From: Octopus sinensis
Taxonomy: Eukaryota
Direction of reading: 5' to 3'
Assembly: GCF_006345805.1 (NCBI RefSeq)
Contig: NC_042998.1
Coordinates: forward strand, 78,802,001-78,866,000
DNA: 64,000 nucleotides
This document shows, piece after piece, positions 1 to 12,575 of this stretch. Position 1 is the stretch's first letter. Each line of letters starts with the position of its first letter. Made by a program: the position numbers and the translations under genes. The notes under the pieces were generated by a model. It worked only from the letters and a program-made list of their open reading frames with translations, ran no database searches and had not been told where the DNA came from.

Positions 1-2519
1 CTTCTTAGTTATTCCTCATTCTGAAACATTCACAGCAGTTTCCTTGAAGAAGATTTTACATTTCTGTTCTCTGAATACTCATTGTCTTGTATCTATTCTA
101 TGTCCATATGAGTTCAGTCACCTTTAACAACCAGGTCACTTGTTCTGCCTTTCATGCTGGTCATCATTACAGAATGCAATCTGATCATCTGGATATGTTG
201 CATTTCCACAACTCTGTAATCTGTTCCTGTACACTTGTTGGATCTAGTGGTGGCCACTGAATGAGTTGCTATAGTGGATTCAGCCAGATGATAATACATA
301 TCCCTGGTGATTATCCAACTCTAAAATATAACTCACTGTTATAGCATTCTTGTTTTGCTTCTACTGTTGTCGATAATGATATGGCTCTAAAGAGAATGAT
401 GGTGATGATAATGATATCCATTGACCTGAATACTAGCAACAGGTGTGCAAAGTAAACCAATAACCATTATGTAAACGTGTGTGTGTGTCTGTCAGATTGT
501 ACATAATACAGTATTTGCATGTTTGTTTGTGTGTCTGTCTACATCTGCATCTCTTTTTATGTGTTGACCTCTTTCTGACAATCTGACTTCTGTCTGTGCC
601 TTTTGATTTTTTCACTCATCTTTCTTCTCTCTCTATGAAATGGCCTACATTTTGATATCTGTCTGTCAATCTATCGCTCTTCACCCACATGCATCTTCGT
701 ATAGATCATTATTCATTATGTTTTTGTTCTTTATTCATTAATTTTTTTCTGTTTGTCTGATTTTCTGTCGAAACCAAAGACTATAGATTATTTGGCTGAG
801 TTACAAAAGACAATCCAAATAATAATGATAATAGTAACAATTTTAAGATACATATATGAGAGTGTGAGAGAGAGAGAACTGAACCTAGGCTGTAAAAAGT
901 TTATTTAATCTAAGCAAGATATTTAATTACTAAGACTAGACAATTATTCAACAGTCATACCATAAATTCATACTTTATACTTAGTCCCAAATACACTGCA
1001 TTTAGAAAATATAGAATATTTACTTCAAATTACCTCGTAAGAAATTCAGATGTTTCAGTAATTTTTACCTTGTTGACTACTCTTAAACTAAGAACAGTTA
1101 TTTGTTTAGACACAAGGACATCATGAGTGATTGGAACATAAATTGTCTAGAACAGACTGAGGAAAGAAATTGTTACTTTATATATCACTAAGAAATAACT
1201 GTCTTAGAAAGAGAGTGACAAATATCTTCAGAGTGCTCTCCTAAGGAATTTATTGTTAATAAAACTTCTGGTGTAGCATCACCATACTTACTTGTTCTTC
1301 GTATCAGCGTTGGCTGGTACACCATTTTTATTAATGTGTTTTAGGAATACAACCATGTTTATGATAAACTTATATATAAAGTTACTCAGCATCAAAATGT
1401 TGTTGCTATTTATTGGCAATAGTTAAGTTACTTCTTGAATTCAAATAAAAATAAGGGATCATAAAAGGTATTTAACATAATAATACTTTTGAAGTTGACA
1501 TATTCAAAATAAATTGATAAATAAGTGAATATTGCAAAGTGTTATGTTTATGCAGCTGGTGATAAGGATATCATTTTTATGTTGCTGATGGTAATACAGA
1601 TGGTATTTTGTTTCCTTGTATCATTAAGATCCAAGTCAGTTATACTGCAATGGGTTTTTTCATGACATAACCATATAAAGTGTTTTAAATCGTAGCTTCA
1701 GAAAATTTACATCTTATGGTGGATTCTCCATGTATGGTGTAATCTGAGCATAGAATAAAGTCTTGCCTGTTTTTGCATCAAGGATGCCTTGTTGGTTTTG
1801 ATAAATGAGCATTCTTGTTATCCGTCTTGATGGAATTACATACTCGTTAAATTTGTTGTGAACATGGATAAGTATTTAACCACTACAGGTTCACTTAATA
1901 CAATCCTCAGACAGTATGATATGGTATGTAACAAAATCCTCTTTTGAATTTCAGCTAGAGTTTGTCCAATAAGCTTCCACACTTTTTATCTACTTAGTTT
2001 CATTCATAAGATTTAGTTCAATCTAAGGCTATTAGAAGTCACTTTTACAAATTGCCACTGAGTAAGATTGAACCTGAATTCTCTTGATTGAAAAGCAAAC
2101 TTAACTGACCACACCTGTATCAAAAAGAACATCATTTGGCTATGCCTGCTCACATTGTTATTGCACATTCATACACACATAAGGCATTGTCTACAGCTTT
2201 TACATTTACAATGAGATTCTAAGTTTCAGTGGCAACTTATGCCCAGATAGCTGGTGAACTCTGGTTGGTCTGATATGAGATCTATATTTATTGTATGAAT
2301 TACTACAATGTTTTCCGTCATGAATATACTATAAAACATCAGCATTGCATTTGAACCCTTCTACCATCAGTTGGTAGACTGATACTTTATTTTGTGGCTA
2401 TCTCATCTCTACAAGAGAATAACTGAATGCTGTAAAATTATGAAGGCTTAGTTTCAACTTCTACTATAGCTATGACTTTGAGAAGGGTGCATTTAAAGGA
2501 AACTACAGTTACTTGAAGT

Positions 2520-2815
2520 TTAATTATTATTACAAAATGCCTCCCACTAGATCATCCTATCGGGTCTTTATTCTCATTCAGTGCAACAGCTTTGGGTGGG
2601 AAGAGGCCTTGCAGCAAGCTCCACACCAGATGGCTGGACGTGATTAGCAAAGACCTCCAAAAGTTTAATGTCACCTTGGAGGATACTGAGGGGCTGGCAC
2701 GATACCACCATCAATGGAGAGCACTAGTGAACCTGGTCAGCTCTACACATGATGACACTTCTGGGACCAGTAACTTGGAATTATCCCCAGCCTCATGAAG
2801 CTGAAGCCGGCCAGC
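2520..2815 (+). mobile_element. RTE-clade LINE 3' end fragment
   Basis: ORF 2592-2798 reads GGKRPCSKLHTRWLDVISKDL...EGLARYHHQWRALV, matching the RTE ORF C-terminal pattern GKRPRGRPxxRWxDxIxxDL...LAxDRxxWR. Confidence 0.75.
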
Positions 2816-4682
2816 TATTTCTTGAAGAGTGGAAGTAAATTTAAGCTGCTATGTCATACAACTAGGCCACATGACCCATTAGACTTAGAGGCCATGCAAA
2901 GATTATGAGCTCAGCTTTCTTTACAAAACTACGAGGTAAAATAAAAATCATAATTTCAAATTATCAGAAATATCTCTTTTTGATCTTCTGATGTGTTTCT
3001 TTGAGACTATTCTACATTCCATGACTTGATTCCTTTAAAAATATCTTGGTTTAAAGTGCTAGACCACTACAATATGGTTGCAAGTTCAAATATTAGTCCT
3101 TGCTATTATTGTATTTTTGTTTTTGCCTAACTCAGTATTACCTTGTCTTATGTAAAACTGTATGCATGATTTGAGTGAGATGTAGTTGCTGTTTCTAGCA
3201 TGTAGAATCTATATTGTTGGCTCAGGAGCTATTTTGTTTACTCCTGAAGAAGAAAGAAAATCTCTGCCTGATTGCTGCTGTTTGCTTTGTTTGACAAAAA
3301 GGAAGAAAAAAAAAGAGTTCTAAACTTATTTCCTTTAGCAGTGTATTATATATATGCTTATATATGCCTACATATGTATCATATTTAATCTATGAATGTA
3401 GCAAATTAAGCTTTTTAAATGCATTTTTAAACAATGCTTTATGTATAATTCATGTAATAAATATCCTAATTTGATATTAAATATGTTAAGGGGTAATGTA
3501 CTGAATGGCATATGAAAATAATTTTGAATTAATTGCATTTTCCCCTCCTAGTTAGAGAGAAAAAGTAGAAACATAGTTGTAATCGTTAACAACTCTCAAA
3601 GAAAAGGAGAGATAATTTCAAAAAAATTAAGAATCAATTTCACAAAATTTATTTGCATACAAGAAAATTTGATCTTTGTTTGCAAGCAAGGGATTAGCTT
3701 TAAACATGTTTTGGTGTTAGCTGAGATTGATCACCATGGACTAGTCTGCTCATACATGCATTTATCAACTTATAATAGATTTTACATTGGCCCACTTGTG
3801 TTATCTCCTTTAGTTAATTTTACAGTAATGAATATTCAAGATTTAAAATTTAAAAATGCAAATTTATGATTTGTTATGTGACATGCTAAATTCATCTAAA
3901 TATTTTTGGATTTATAAATATTTAAGAGCAGAGTCTGCCCAACTATTTTGTCATTGAGAAAATACTTCCATGCCACACATTTTTGTACATGAGCACTATT
4001 TATAATTCAAGTGGACAATTGTTTAGAAAGAGCTGTGAAAAAAAACAGCTGTTCTTAAAAGAACAAAAAGACATCTCAACCAATCTTGTTTGGAAGAATA
4101 AAAGTAGAGAAGCAATAAGGGAGAAAAAAAAAGACATTTTTCCATTCTTTGATTGTGATTTTTAAACATGCAAATTAACTAGCTTAATAATATACAAACA
4201 TTTTTACAAGTCTCACATTGATGTCTGTTGGTATATAGACAATGTATCCTCCTGAAATACAAATACTCTTTGGATAATGTAGCCCTAGATGCAGTATATT
4301 TTATTAAAAGATTGGATGTCATAGCTTGAACACCTTTGTATGCTAGATTATAAGTATGTTTGATCAGTGCTGTCCTGGAATTAAATAAAAAACTCATTTA
4401 CTTTCTTTTTTCTAAAAAGCTACTGTGTATCTGGTAAAAGCATATGTATCACTTCCAAACAGCCCAGTCCAATGGCCAGCAAATAGGTACCACCATTAGT
4501 AATGACTTGCTGCTGAATGCTGTAGAAGCATAGTAATGTTAACAAAAGCTTCCTTGACTTGCATAACTGAGTTCAACTTCACTTATGAGGACCAGTACTT
4601 ACAAAATATTATCCTCATATTCATTGACCATCACTGTTAGCAATCCTGAATTATTCAATAACTTGAATAATATAGGACTATA

Positions 4683-5070
4683 GGCATAGGAGTGGCTGTG
4701 TGGTAAGTAGCTTGCTTACCAACCACATGGTTCCAGGTTCAGTCCCACTTCGTGGCACCTAGGGCAAGTGTCTTCTGCTATAGCTTCAGGTCGACCACAG
4801 CCTTGTGAGTGGATTTGGTAGACAGAAACAGGAAGAATCCCGTCGTATATATGTATGTGTGTATATGTTTGTGTGTCTGTGTTTGTCCCCCCACCATTGC
4901 TTGAAAACCAATGGTGGTGTGTTTACGTCCCCGTAACTTAGCAGTTCAGCAAAAGAGACTGATAGAATAAGTACTAGGCTTACAAAGAATAAGTCCTGGG
5001 GTCAATTTACTCGACTAAAGGCATTGCTCCAGCATGGCTGCAGTCAAATGACTGGAACAAGTAAAAGAGT
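4683..5070 (+). mobile_element. tRNA-derived SINE, family A (CORE-like), full length
   Basis: Head GGAGTGGCTGTGTGGTAAG...GGTTCAGTCCC (A/B-box-like), then CCTxGGGCAAGTG (CORE-like), an internal (TG)n tract and tail GACTGxAACAAGTAAAAGA. Similar copies at 22058, 30047 and 55956. Confidence 0.85.
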
Positions 5071-5379
5071 ATAGCTTCAGGCTTCAGGCCGACCAAAGCC
5101 TTGTGAGTGGATTTGGTACACAGAAACTGAAAGAAGCTCATCGTATATATGTGTATATGTATGTGTGTGTGTGTGTATGTGTATATGTTTGTCCCCCCAC
5201 CAACATCGCTTGACAATCAATGGTGGTGTGTTTACGTCCCTGTAATTTAGCGGTTCGGCAAAAGAGGCCGATAGAATAAGTACTAGGCTTACAAAGAATA
5301 AGTCCTGGGGTCGATTTGCTCGACTAAAGGCAGTGCTCCAGCAAGGCCATGGTCAATTGACTGAAACAAGCAAAAGAGA
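5071..5379 (+). mobile_element. Family A SINE, headless tandem second copy
   Basis: Repeats the 4780-5070 sequence directly after the first copy and lacks the tRNA-like head. Confidence 0.8.
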
Positions 5380-6338
5380 TTTCATCCACCAATAAAACTA
5401 GGCTGATGAGTTGGTGGTTGCATTTGGTCATTTTAAACAGTAAATAACTGACTTTGTTTATCTCTATTAGTGTGTGGATAATTAAACAGTAGAAATAATA
5501 TACCATATTACTCATGTACATTGCAGTTTTGAATATAATGTGACAAATTCCAAGAATGTATTCATTTATTTAGAATTATTATTACAGAAACATTATTATT
5601 GAGATTGGTGTTATACCTTGTAGAATTGTTCTGACTCTATGTTCTAAGTTCAAACCCTGCTGTGGTTAGCTTTGCTTTTCTATTTTTCCAGTATCAATAA
5701 AATAAAATGCCGGTCAAATATTCAAAGGAAGTCGTGTGATTGACTAATTCTATCATCCCTCCTCTAAATTGGACCCCTTGTGTCTAGATTAAACACAGTT
5801 GATATCATTCATTGATTGAATAATTTCAACTAGTATATTCCTGCTAAATGTCCCTGTAACCACACTCTCCTATCTTAAACAACAACAGTATCATAAAATA
5901 TCTGAGATAATCATGCCTGCTCACATTAAACATCAACATGAAAATGAGCAACAACACAATAATAATTTAACAAAACTACACAAACAGGAATAACAACAGT
6001 TAAAAAAAATTGTTGTTGCAACCAAAAATAGCACCTATAATCAGAAAAAATAACATGAACAACAATGCAAATGAAATCAACAACAACAACAACAACCAAA
6101 ACAATTGAAGTCCAGAAGAAACAAAAAAAAAATATTTAAAAGATTTAAAGATAGAGACAGAAAGAAGACATTACAATAGATAAGATTTATTCATAAAATC
6201 CGACTGAAAAGATGATAACTATGATGAAGCTTTGGAAATTGACCATAAAACTACATTTTTATGAAAATATATTAAATTGCAATTAAAATTTTTCTATTGA
6301 CTTTAGACTAAGCAAGAAGATTGCTGAAGTGAAAATGA

Positions 6339-7577
6339 CAAGAGTTGTACCAGAAATAATGCGAAAGTAGGCATAGCACTTTTAGTCACTGACATGGGTC
6401 ATTCAAACTGCACATGTTGGTAGAGTAACACTTCCTCTTCTTCTTTTTGTTCTTTGTCGCAGGCAAATACTGGGTTCTGAGCTGAAGTAACAGGCTGTCA
6501 TTGAGTTTTTGATGAAGGATGGTTGCTGGTTATCTGACATCCACAGAAGGCTACAAATTATTTACAGAGACGAAACCATTGACAAGAGCAATGTGCAAGG
6601 TTGGATGAAGAAGTTTAAAAATGAAATCAGCATTAAAGAAAATCCCTGCTGTTGGATAACATCAACTGTGACTATTAAAATGATTTGTTAGTGAGTGGAT
6701 GTATTGATCTACATGGGCAAACAACTCACAGTAGTCTGAGCTTGCTGTTCAGATAGACTGTGATCACAATGCATTAAAAAGGATGGTGGGAAACTTTAGA
6801 TATTGCAAAGTGTGTACAATATGAGTACCTTAGCAGTTGACTCCCAGTTTGAGGAGAGATGAGTAGAAGTCTGTTCATATCTGCTGGAAACAACTGAAGT
6901 TAATATGGAAACATTTTCCTGATCTGATCACAGGGGATTAAACGTGGCTGTGTTTTTATGATGCAGAAATGGAAGCTCAATACATGGAATGATATCACAC
7001 CTTTCCTCCAAAGCCTAAGAAGTCCAAAAGCCAGTAACTGTCACAGAAAGTTATTGTTACAGTTTATTGGGATAACAATGCCATCATTCTCTTTGATTTT
7101 CTGGAGTGTGAACAGCAAACAGTACTTTGAGACATTCAAAAAGCTTGGATGCCATTAGGAGGAACAGACCAACAAGAATTTACAAAGGATCTGTATTTGC
7201 AAGAAATTAGGCAAAGGATCTGTGTTTACAAGAAATTAGGCAATTGCTAAAATTGAGTTGGTCAGTGGTCCTCTATTCATGATTGTTGCCTGTTGACTTC
7301 CACTTGTTTGGTTCAATGAAGGGCTGTTTTCAGAGAAAACAATTTAAGGACACAGATGTAGTGAAAGTGGTCGTGAAGATGTGGGCACAATGGAATTTTT
7401 TCAAAGATGATTCAAGAGTTGGGTTCAATGATGGCATATGTGCATCAATTGTAATGGAGACGTTGAATAATACCTTCATATAGGTAAGGGTTGCTCTACC
7501 AACATATGCAATTTGAATGACTTATATCAATAAAAAGAAGTTATGCTCACAGGCATTACTTTTGGTATAACCCATAT
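6339..7577 (+). mobile_element. Mariner DNA transposon, full length, transposase pseudogene
   Basis: Imperfect TIRs: GAGTTGTACCAGAAATAATGC (6342-6362) versus the reverse complement of 7553-7573 (17/21 match). Broken frames give VIEFLMKDG..IHRRLQIIY..KSNVQGWMKKFK, ITGD and PVDFHLFGSMKG..KQF. About 1.24 kb. Confidence 0.85.
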
Positions 7578-8656
7578 AACCTTTGTATATATTTATATCT
7601 CACTGCTCATTTACTGCTTTCTCCATTGTATTATAAGGATTACATTTAATAACCTATTCAATAAGATTATGACAGATTCTATAATTAAGAAGACCACACT
7701 TTTAACTGTTGGAGTTATATTTTTACTAAGGTGGGTAAATTGGCTCTTCTAAGTAATTTTTTATTTTTATGGATTTTGTTTTAATTATTTCATGTCATTT
7801 GAGATCCAAGCTGTGACATGTCTTGGATCTTTCCTCAGAATTCAAATATTCAAATGGATGATATATGCTTCTGTATTTTTCTGGATTGTATGTTGGTATA
7901 TAAGTTAGAGTATGAAGTGTGTCAGAAGTATTTTCTTCTTCTTTGTAATTCTTGAATAAAAGAACATGCTTTATCATGTTCTTTACTAATTAATATTATT
8001 ATGTACTATCTTTCAAGTAGTATTCTCTTTAATTCTCAAAGATGTTTATTCTGAGTTTCAAAATTCAACATACTGCACAGATTTTTCTTGCCAGGTTAAA
8101 TTGGTATATTTGTTCTTGTATGTTTTGGATGGTGTGAAATGCAAAACAAACATTATTTTGTGTCTTTTCATTGAAAGTGGATGTTATTTTTGATATTTGC
8201 AACTTTTGCAACAATAAAAATATTCATAAATAGTAATTACTTTTGAATATATTTTATTGATAAATGAATATTGTTGATTATAATATAAATTAGAGTTTTA
8301 AACTCATTAAGTTGATCAAAACATAAAAAGTAACCATCTCAGTATTGCTCCTAGTTCTGCCATAAATATTTATGAGTGTTGTTCCTGTATGTTAATCTGG
8401 CATTTTTGTATATTTGGACTTCCAAGTATGCCATGAATAAACTGACATATGTTTGGGCAACTATTGTTTCTTTGTAAATATTGATGTAGTTAATTTTATT
8501 CCTTGTTTAGGCATCCTGTCAAGACATTTATCAAACCACAACATGATTGATTGTAATCCATATTCATCTGGAAATGTAATGTAAAAGTTGCACAGCGTCA
8601 AATGAGTCACCGAAAGTGACTCTCTTGACTTTTTGTAGGAAGATAGTTTGACAGGT

Positions 8657-8687
<31 letters not shown>

Positions 8688-8690
<3 letters not shown>

Positions 8691-8995
8691 ATACTAAGCA
8701 ATTAAGGGTTTAGCAACGAATTGCCTCACCACACACCGAATTTAGAAATAGCAGTCAAAGAGTTATAGCTATTCTTTCTACTAAAAGGGAGATCTCAGTA
8801 AAAACACAGCACTTGAAAGGCAAACACAGACAGGTAAGAGAGAATGAAATGACGGCAATCTATCATACAATATTAAGTCACCTACGGACGTACGTTTCGA
8901 AATCAAGTTTTAGGAAAGCATAAGAATTAGATAATTCTACATTACCCAAACTTCTTTTCTCATCAGCGTAGGATACTACAATTATGAATAATAAA
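8688..8995 (-). mobile_element. Short non-coding module between (TA)n tracts carrying a hammerhead motif (probable Penelope-like pLTR remnant)
   Basis: CpG-retaining segment of about 310 bp, bounded by (TA)n at 8660-8687 and a TA-rich tract at 8996-9075. Contains the hammerhead at 8881-8972. Confidence 0.6.
8881..8972 (-). ncRNA. Type I hammerhead ribozyme, canonical core
   Basis: Minus strand reads CCUACG-CUGAUGA-G[long stem II]C-GAAA-CGUAC-GUC-CGUAGG. Stem I is 6 bp, the G10.1-C11.1 pair is present, stem III is palindromic (ACGUACGU) and the cleavage triplet is GUC. Confidence 0.85.
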
Positions 8996-9035
8996 TATAT
9001 ATATATATGTATAATATAATAATATATAATATAAT

Positions 9036-9084
<49 letters not shown>

Positions 9085-9954
9085 TATACATACCCACCTG
9101 GCAAACTATTGTATCATCATCATTATCATCTTTGTCATTGCTTAATGTCCATTTTCCATGCTGGCATGCGTTGGATGGTATGACAGGAACCAACAAGCCA
9201 GTGTACTGCACTGAACTCCAATGTCTGCTTTGGCATGGTTTCAACACCTTGATGTCCTTTTTATCGCTAACTATTTTACTGAACATACTAAGTATTTTAT
9301 TCATGACACTTGCACTAGTGAGGTCAGCAAGTAACTTTCAAGACAATACACCCTTACTGAGTTGGGGTGAAGTATAGGGGGATGTGATTTTATGCCAGTG
9401 ACGAGAGTTTAAAGTATGATATAGAGGGAGGAACAGATACATGGCTACTCCAGCTAGAAAAAGATAGATGATGATAGTAATGAGCATACCTTTGAGATTA
9501 TGTCATGGTATATCCTCAATTTACAGGAAGGTGAATATAAGAGAAGTGGAACCAGAGCATCACACAAGGTCAGTGGGTAGCAGTTTGCCAGGAAAATAGA
9601 GGAAATAGGATTGGGTCAGGGAGATAATAGGAGGCAACAAAGATGATGTGAAGTGTGTTTTGGGGTTTGTTGAGATAGGTGTACAGTGCTTGAGATGTGG
9701 TTAGATGTACATAGACGTGGAAATAGTGGTGGATGAAAGGAGTGGTGATGGGGGCTTTCTCTGCCAGAATGATATGGTATACAAGGGAAAGTGGAGTAAA
9801 AAAAAAAGCATTCAGTTGGAAAAATGGGGTAAGGAATGGTACTGGGAATGTGGGTGATGAAGGAAGTGGTTTCTGGGAGAGAAATAAATGGTAACACCAA
9901 AGGGGCAACAAAATATGTGCAGTTCTGTTGTCATATAACTAGAACCGAGTCATG

Positions 9955-10140
9955 GTGGCAAGCTGGTAGAATTGTTAGCACACCAAACAAAATGCCTAGT
10001 CACATTTCATTCATCTTTATGTTGACTTTGCCTCTCATCATTTTGAGGTTGATAAATTAGGTACCAGTAAAGCATTGGAGATGACGTAATTAGCTAGCCC
10101 TCTCCACCAAAATTTCAGGCCTTGTGGCTATTGTAGAAAT
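9955..10140 (+). mobile_element. Family B SINE, degenerate
   Basis: GGTGGCAAGCTGGTAGAATTGTTAGCAC head and GACTTTGCCTCTCATC..GATAAATTAGGTACCAGT core, similar to the 15831 copy. Confidence 0.65.
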
Positions 10141-10342
10141 GATAATTGCAGCAGCTAAGTGAATATTGCTGTAGTCGGAAGAGTGAAGCAGGAATGGATG
10201 TTCAGAAGATGAATAATAGGGGAAAGACTTAAAATAGGGACAGACTGGGTTCACAAGTATAGACATAAGTGATATGCTTTTAGGGCCTCATTTTTGCACA
10301 GATGGACAAATTTTGTCAAACACAGCAAATTATAAATCTTCC

Positions 10343-10502
<160 letters not shown>

Positions 10503-10914
10503 TGATGGTGATAAAATGACTTAATTTTAATAACTTAATGCATTGCATTGAACCAGAACGTGAGTTTTCTGTATGCATGGGTGTATTTTATTATGATACT
10601 ACTAAATGAACACAAATAATAAAAAAAAATGTATATTATTATTTAGCAAATGATGTTGAAGATTTTTTATAACACTTAATTTGATATGTACAGTAGCAGG
10701 TCTTTAAAATTTTTGTAATTCTGACAAAATAGTCTAAACATTTCTTCTAATGCACTCCTTTTTCTCCATTCTCTTTGACTTCTGAAATCAGTCCATTTTA
10801 CGTATGGATAAGACAATGAGAAAGCATTGGCATGGTATTCAATCTGATAAAGAACTAGCTACAAAATCCCCCTCAAATCCAACCTTGTTTTATGAACACA
10901 CACACACACACACA

Positions 10915-11222
10915 CACACAGGTACCCATGCCAGTTACATATAAAAGACACTCGTGCTGGTGTCACAGTAAAGGCACCTGTGCTGGGGTCATGGGAAAGG
11001 CACTTGTGCTGGTGACACGTAAAAGGCATCCATACCAGTGACATATAGATGGTACCTGCACTGGTGAAATGTAAATGACATCCAGCTCACTAGAATGGTT
11101 GATGTTAGGCAGAGCTTCCAGCTGTTGAAATCAAGCCAAAAAAGACTGGAGCTTGGTGCAGCTCTCCGGTTTACCAGTTCCAGTTAAACTGTCTAACCCA
11201 TGCCAGCATGGAAAACAGATGT
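10915..11222 (+). mobile_element. Family C SINE-like retroposon (internal minisatellite)
   Basis: Internal GCTGGTG..AC.TAAAAGGCAC units followed by AACCCATGCCAGCATGGAAAACAGATGTTA, the 3' end shared by all family C copies. Confidence 0.7.
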
Positions 11223-11227
11223 TATAT

Positions 11228-11339
11228 ATCATCATCATCATCATTGATTAACATCCGTTTGTCAAGCTGGCATGGGTCGGATGGCAGCTGCACCAGGCCC
11301 CAGTCTAGTCTGGCAGAGCTTCTACAGCTGGATGCCCTT

Positions 11340-11341
<2 letters not shown>
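11228..11341 (-). mobile_element. Family C 3' fragment, tail-to-tail with the previous copy
   Basis: (ATC)n followed by ...GGCATGGGTCGGATGG...CTACAGCTGGATGCCCTTCCTA. Confidence 0.7.
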
Positions 11342-11372
<31 letters not shown>

Positions 11373-11374
<2 letters not shown>

Positions 11375-11606
11375 CTTATAAAATAAGGGCAAAAGAAAAA
11401 TTCTAATGCCAAATATCCCGAAAAAAAGACAAATTTGTCAATAACCATTATAATTTATGCGTCTCGAAACAAGCCGATAGATATTTCTAAAAAATCCGTT
11501 ATTACTGTATTGGTCCCAATTTCAGGGTTAATTCATAAGAATTTTCCCTTCTTCAGCGATAAATACGTAAGACATAAATGAAATACTTATTCATACCCTT
11601 GGTAGA
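11373..11606 (-). mobile_element. Non-coding module between (TA)n tracts with a degenerate hammerhead motif (11508-11561)
   Basis: Minus strand reads UAUCG-CUGAAGA-AGGG..AAUUC-UUAU-GAAUU..CCCU-GAAA-UUGG-GAC-CAAUA. Core boxes and stem II are intact, the triplet is GAC rather than NUH, and stem I has one mismatch. Confidence 0.5.
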
Positions 11607-11620
11607 TATATATATATATA

Positions 11621-12118
11621 TCATCATCATCATCATTTAACGTCCGCTTTCCATGCTAGCATGGGTTGGACAGTTCAACTGGGGTCTGGGGAGCCCGAAG
11701 GCTGCACCAGTCCAGTCAGATCTGGCAGTGTTTCTACAGCTGGATGCCCTTCCTAACGCCAACCACTCCGAGAGTGTAGTGGGTGATTTTATGTGCCACC
11801 GACACAGGTGCCAGACGAGGCTGGCAAACGGCCACGCTCGGATGGTGTTTTTTTATGTGCCACCGACACAGGTGCCAGACGAGGCTGGCAGACAGCCACG
11901 CTCGGATGGTGTTTTTATGTGCCACCGACACAGGTGCCAGATGAGGCTGGCAAACGGCCACGATCGGATGGTGTTTGTTATGTGCCCACAGCATGGAGGC
12001 CAGTCGATGCGGTACTGGCTACGGCCACGTTCGGATGGTTTTCTTGTGTGCCACCGGCACTGGTACCACAAAGATACAAATTCCATTGATGTTCATCTAT
12101 TTTGATTTGTTTTGATTT
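11621..12118 (-). mobile_element. Family C SINE-like retroposon, near full length, with about 4 internal units of 60-65 bp
   Basis: (CAT)n tail then TTAACGTCCGCTTTCCATGCTAGCATGGGTTGGAC. Repeated unit ATGTGCCACCGACACAGGTGCCAGACGAGGCTGGCAAACGGCCACGCTCGGATGGTGTTTT. Flanked by (TA)n on both sides. Confidence 0.85.
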
Positions 12119-12552
12119 TATATATATATATATATATATAAAAAACCTATGCTATCATGGAAAATAGACATTAAATGATGATGATGATGATGATGATGAT
12201 CTACTCTCTTCATAGTAGCTTTATGTATATATGCTGTATATGTGTGTCTAATGATGGTAGCTAAATGTGTGTGCGTATACACGCACACACATACACTAAT
12301 GCATAAATTAGTTTTTGACCATTACCAAATTCCTATATCTAGTAAGATAAAAGTACACTTTGAAATGAAAGCAAACAAGTATCAAATATTAACAAAACTA
12401 ACAATTTTGTTTATTTAATTATAATTAATTAATAAGATTATTATGTCTCATGGTTTTATATTATTCTTTGTGACTATTTATGAATGTATCTATTAGTTTG
12501 TAAGTATAACTCTTCATTTCCATTTGGTTATTTTAATTAAATATTTCTTCAG

Positions 12553-12575
12553 CAAAGACAATTTACATCTACAAG
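12553..12575 (+). CDS. Candidate 23-nt host micro-exon (QRQFTST, phase 2 end)
   Basis: TTTCTTCAG acceptor and AAG|GTATGT donor in unique AT-rich sequence. Phase-compatible with 15564-15600. Confidence 0.3.

Noticed and set aside
114-320. Possible minus-strand exon or ORF
   Set aside because: Acceptor-like site near 321 but no recognisable protein or donor; cannot be supported.
11790-12065. Regularly spaced repeats resembling a CRISPR array
   Set aside because: Units are contiguous with no unique spacers, lie inside a eukaryotic SINE, and there are no cas genes.
11653-12105. 150-aa repetitive ORF (and similar ORFs at 21026-21336 and 55912-56394)
   Set aside because: Incidental open frames in GC-richer SINE sequence.
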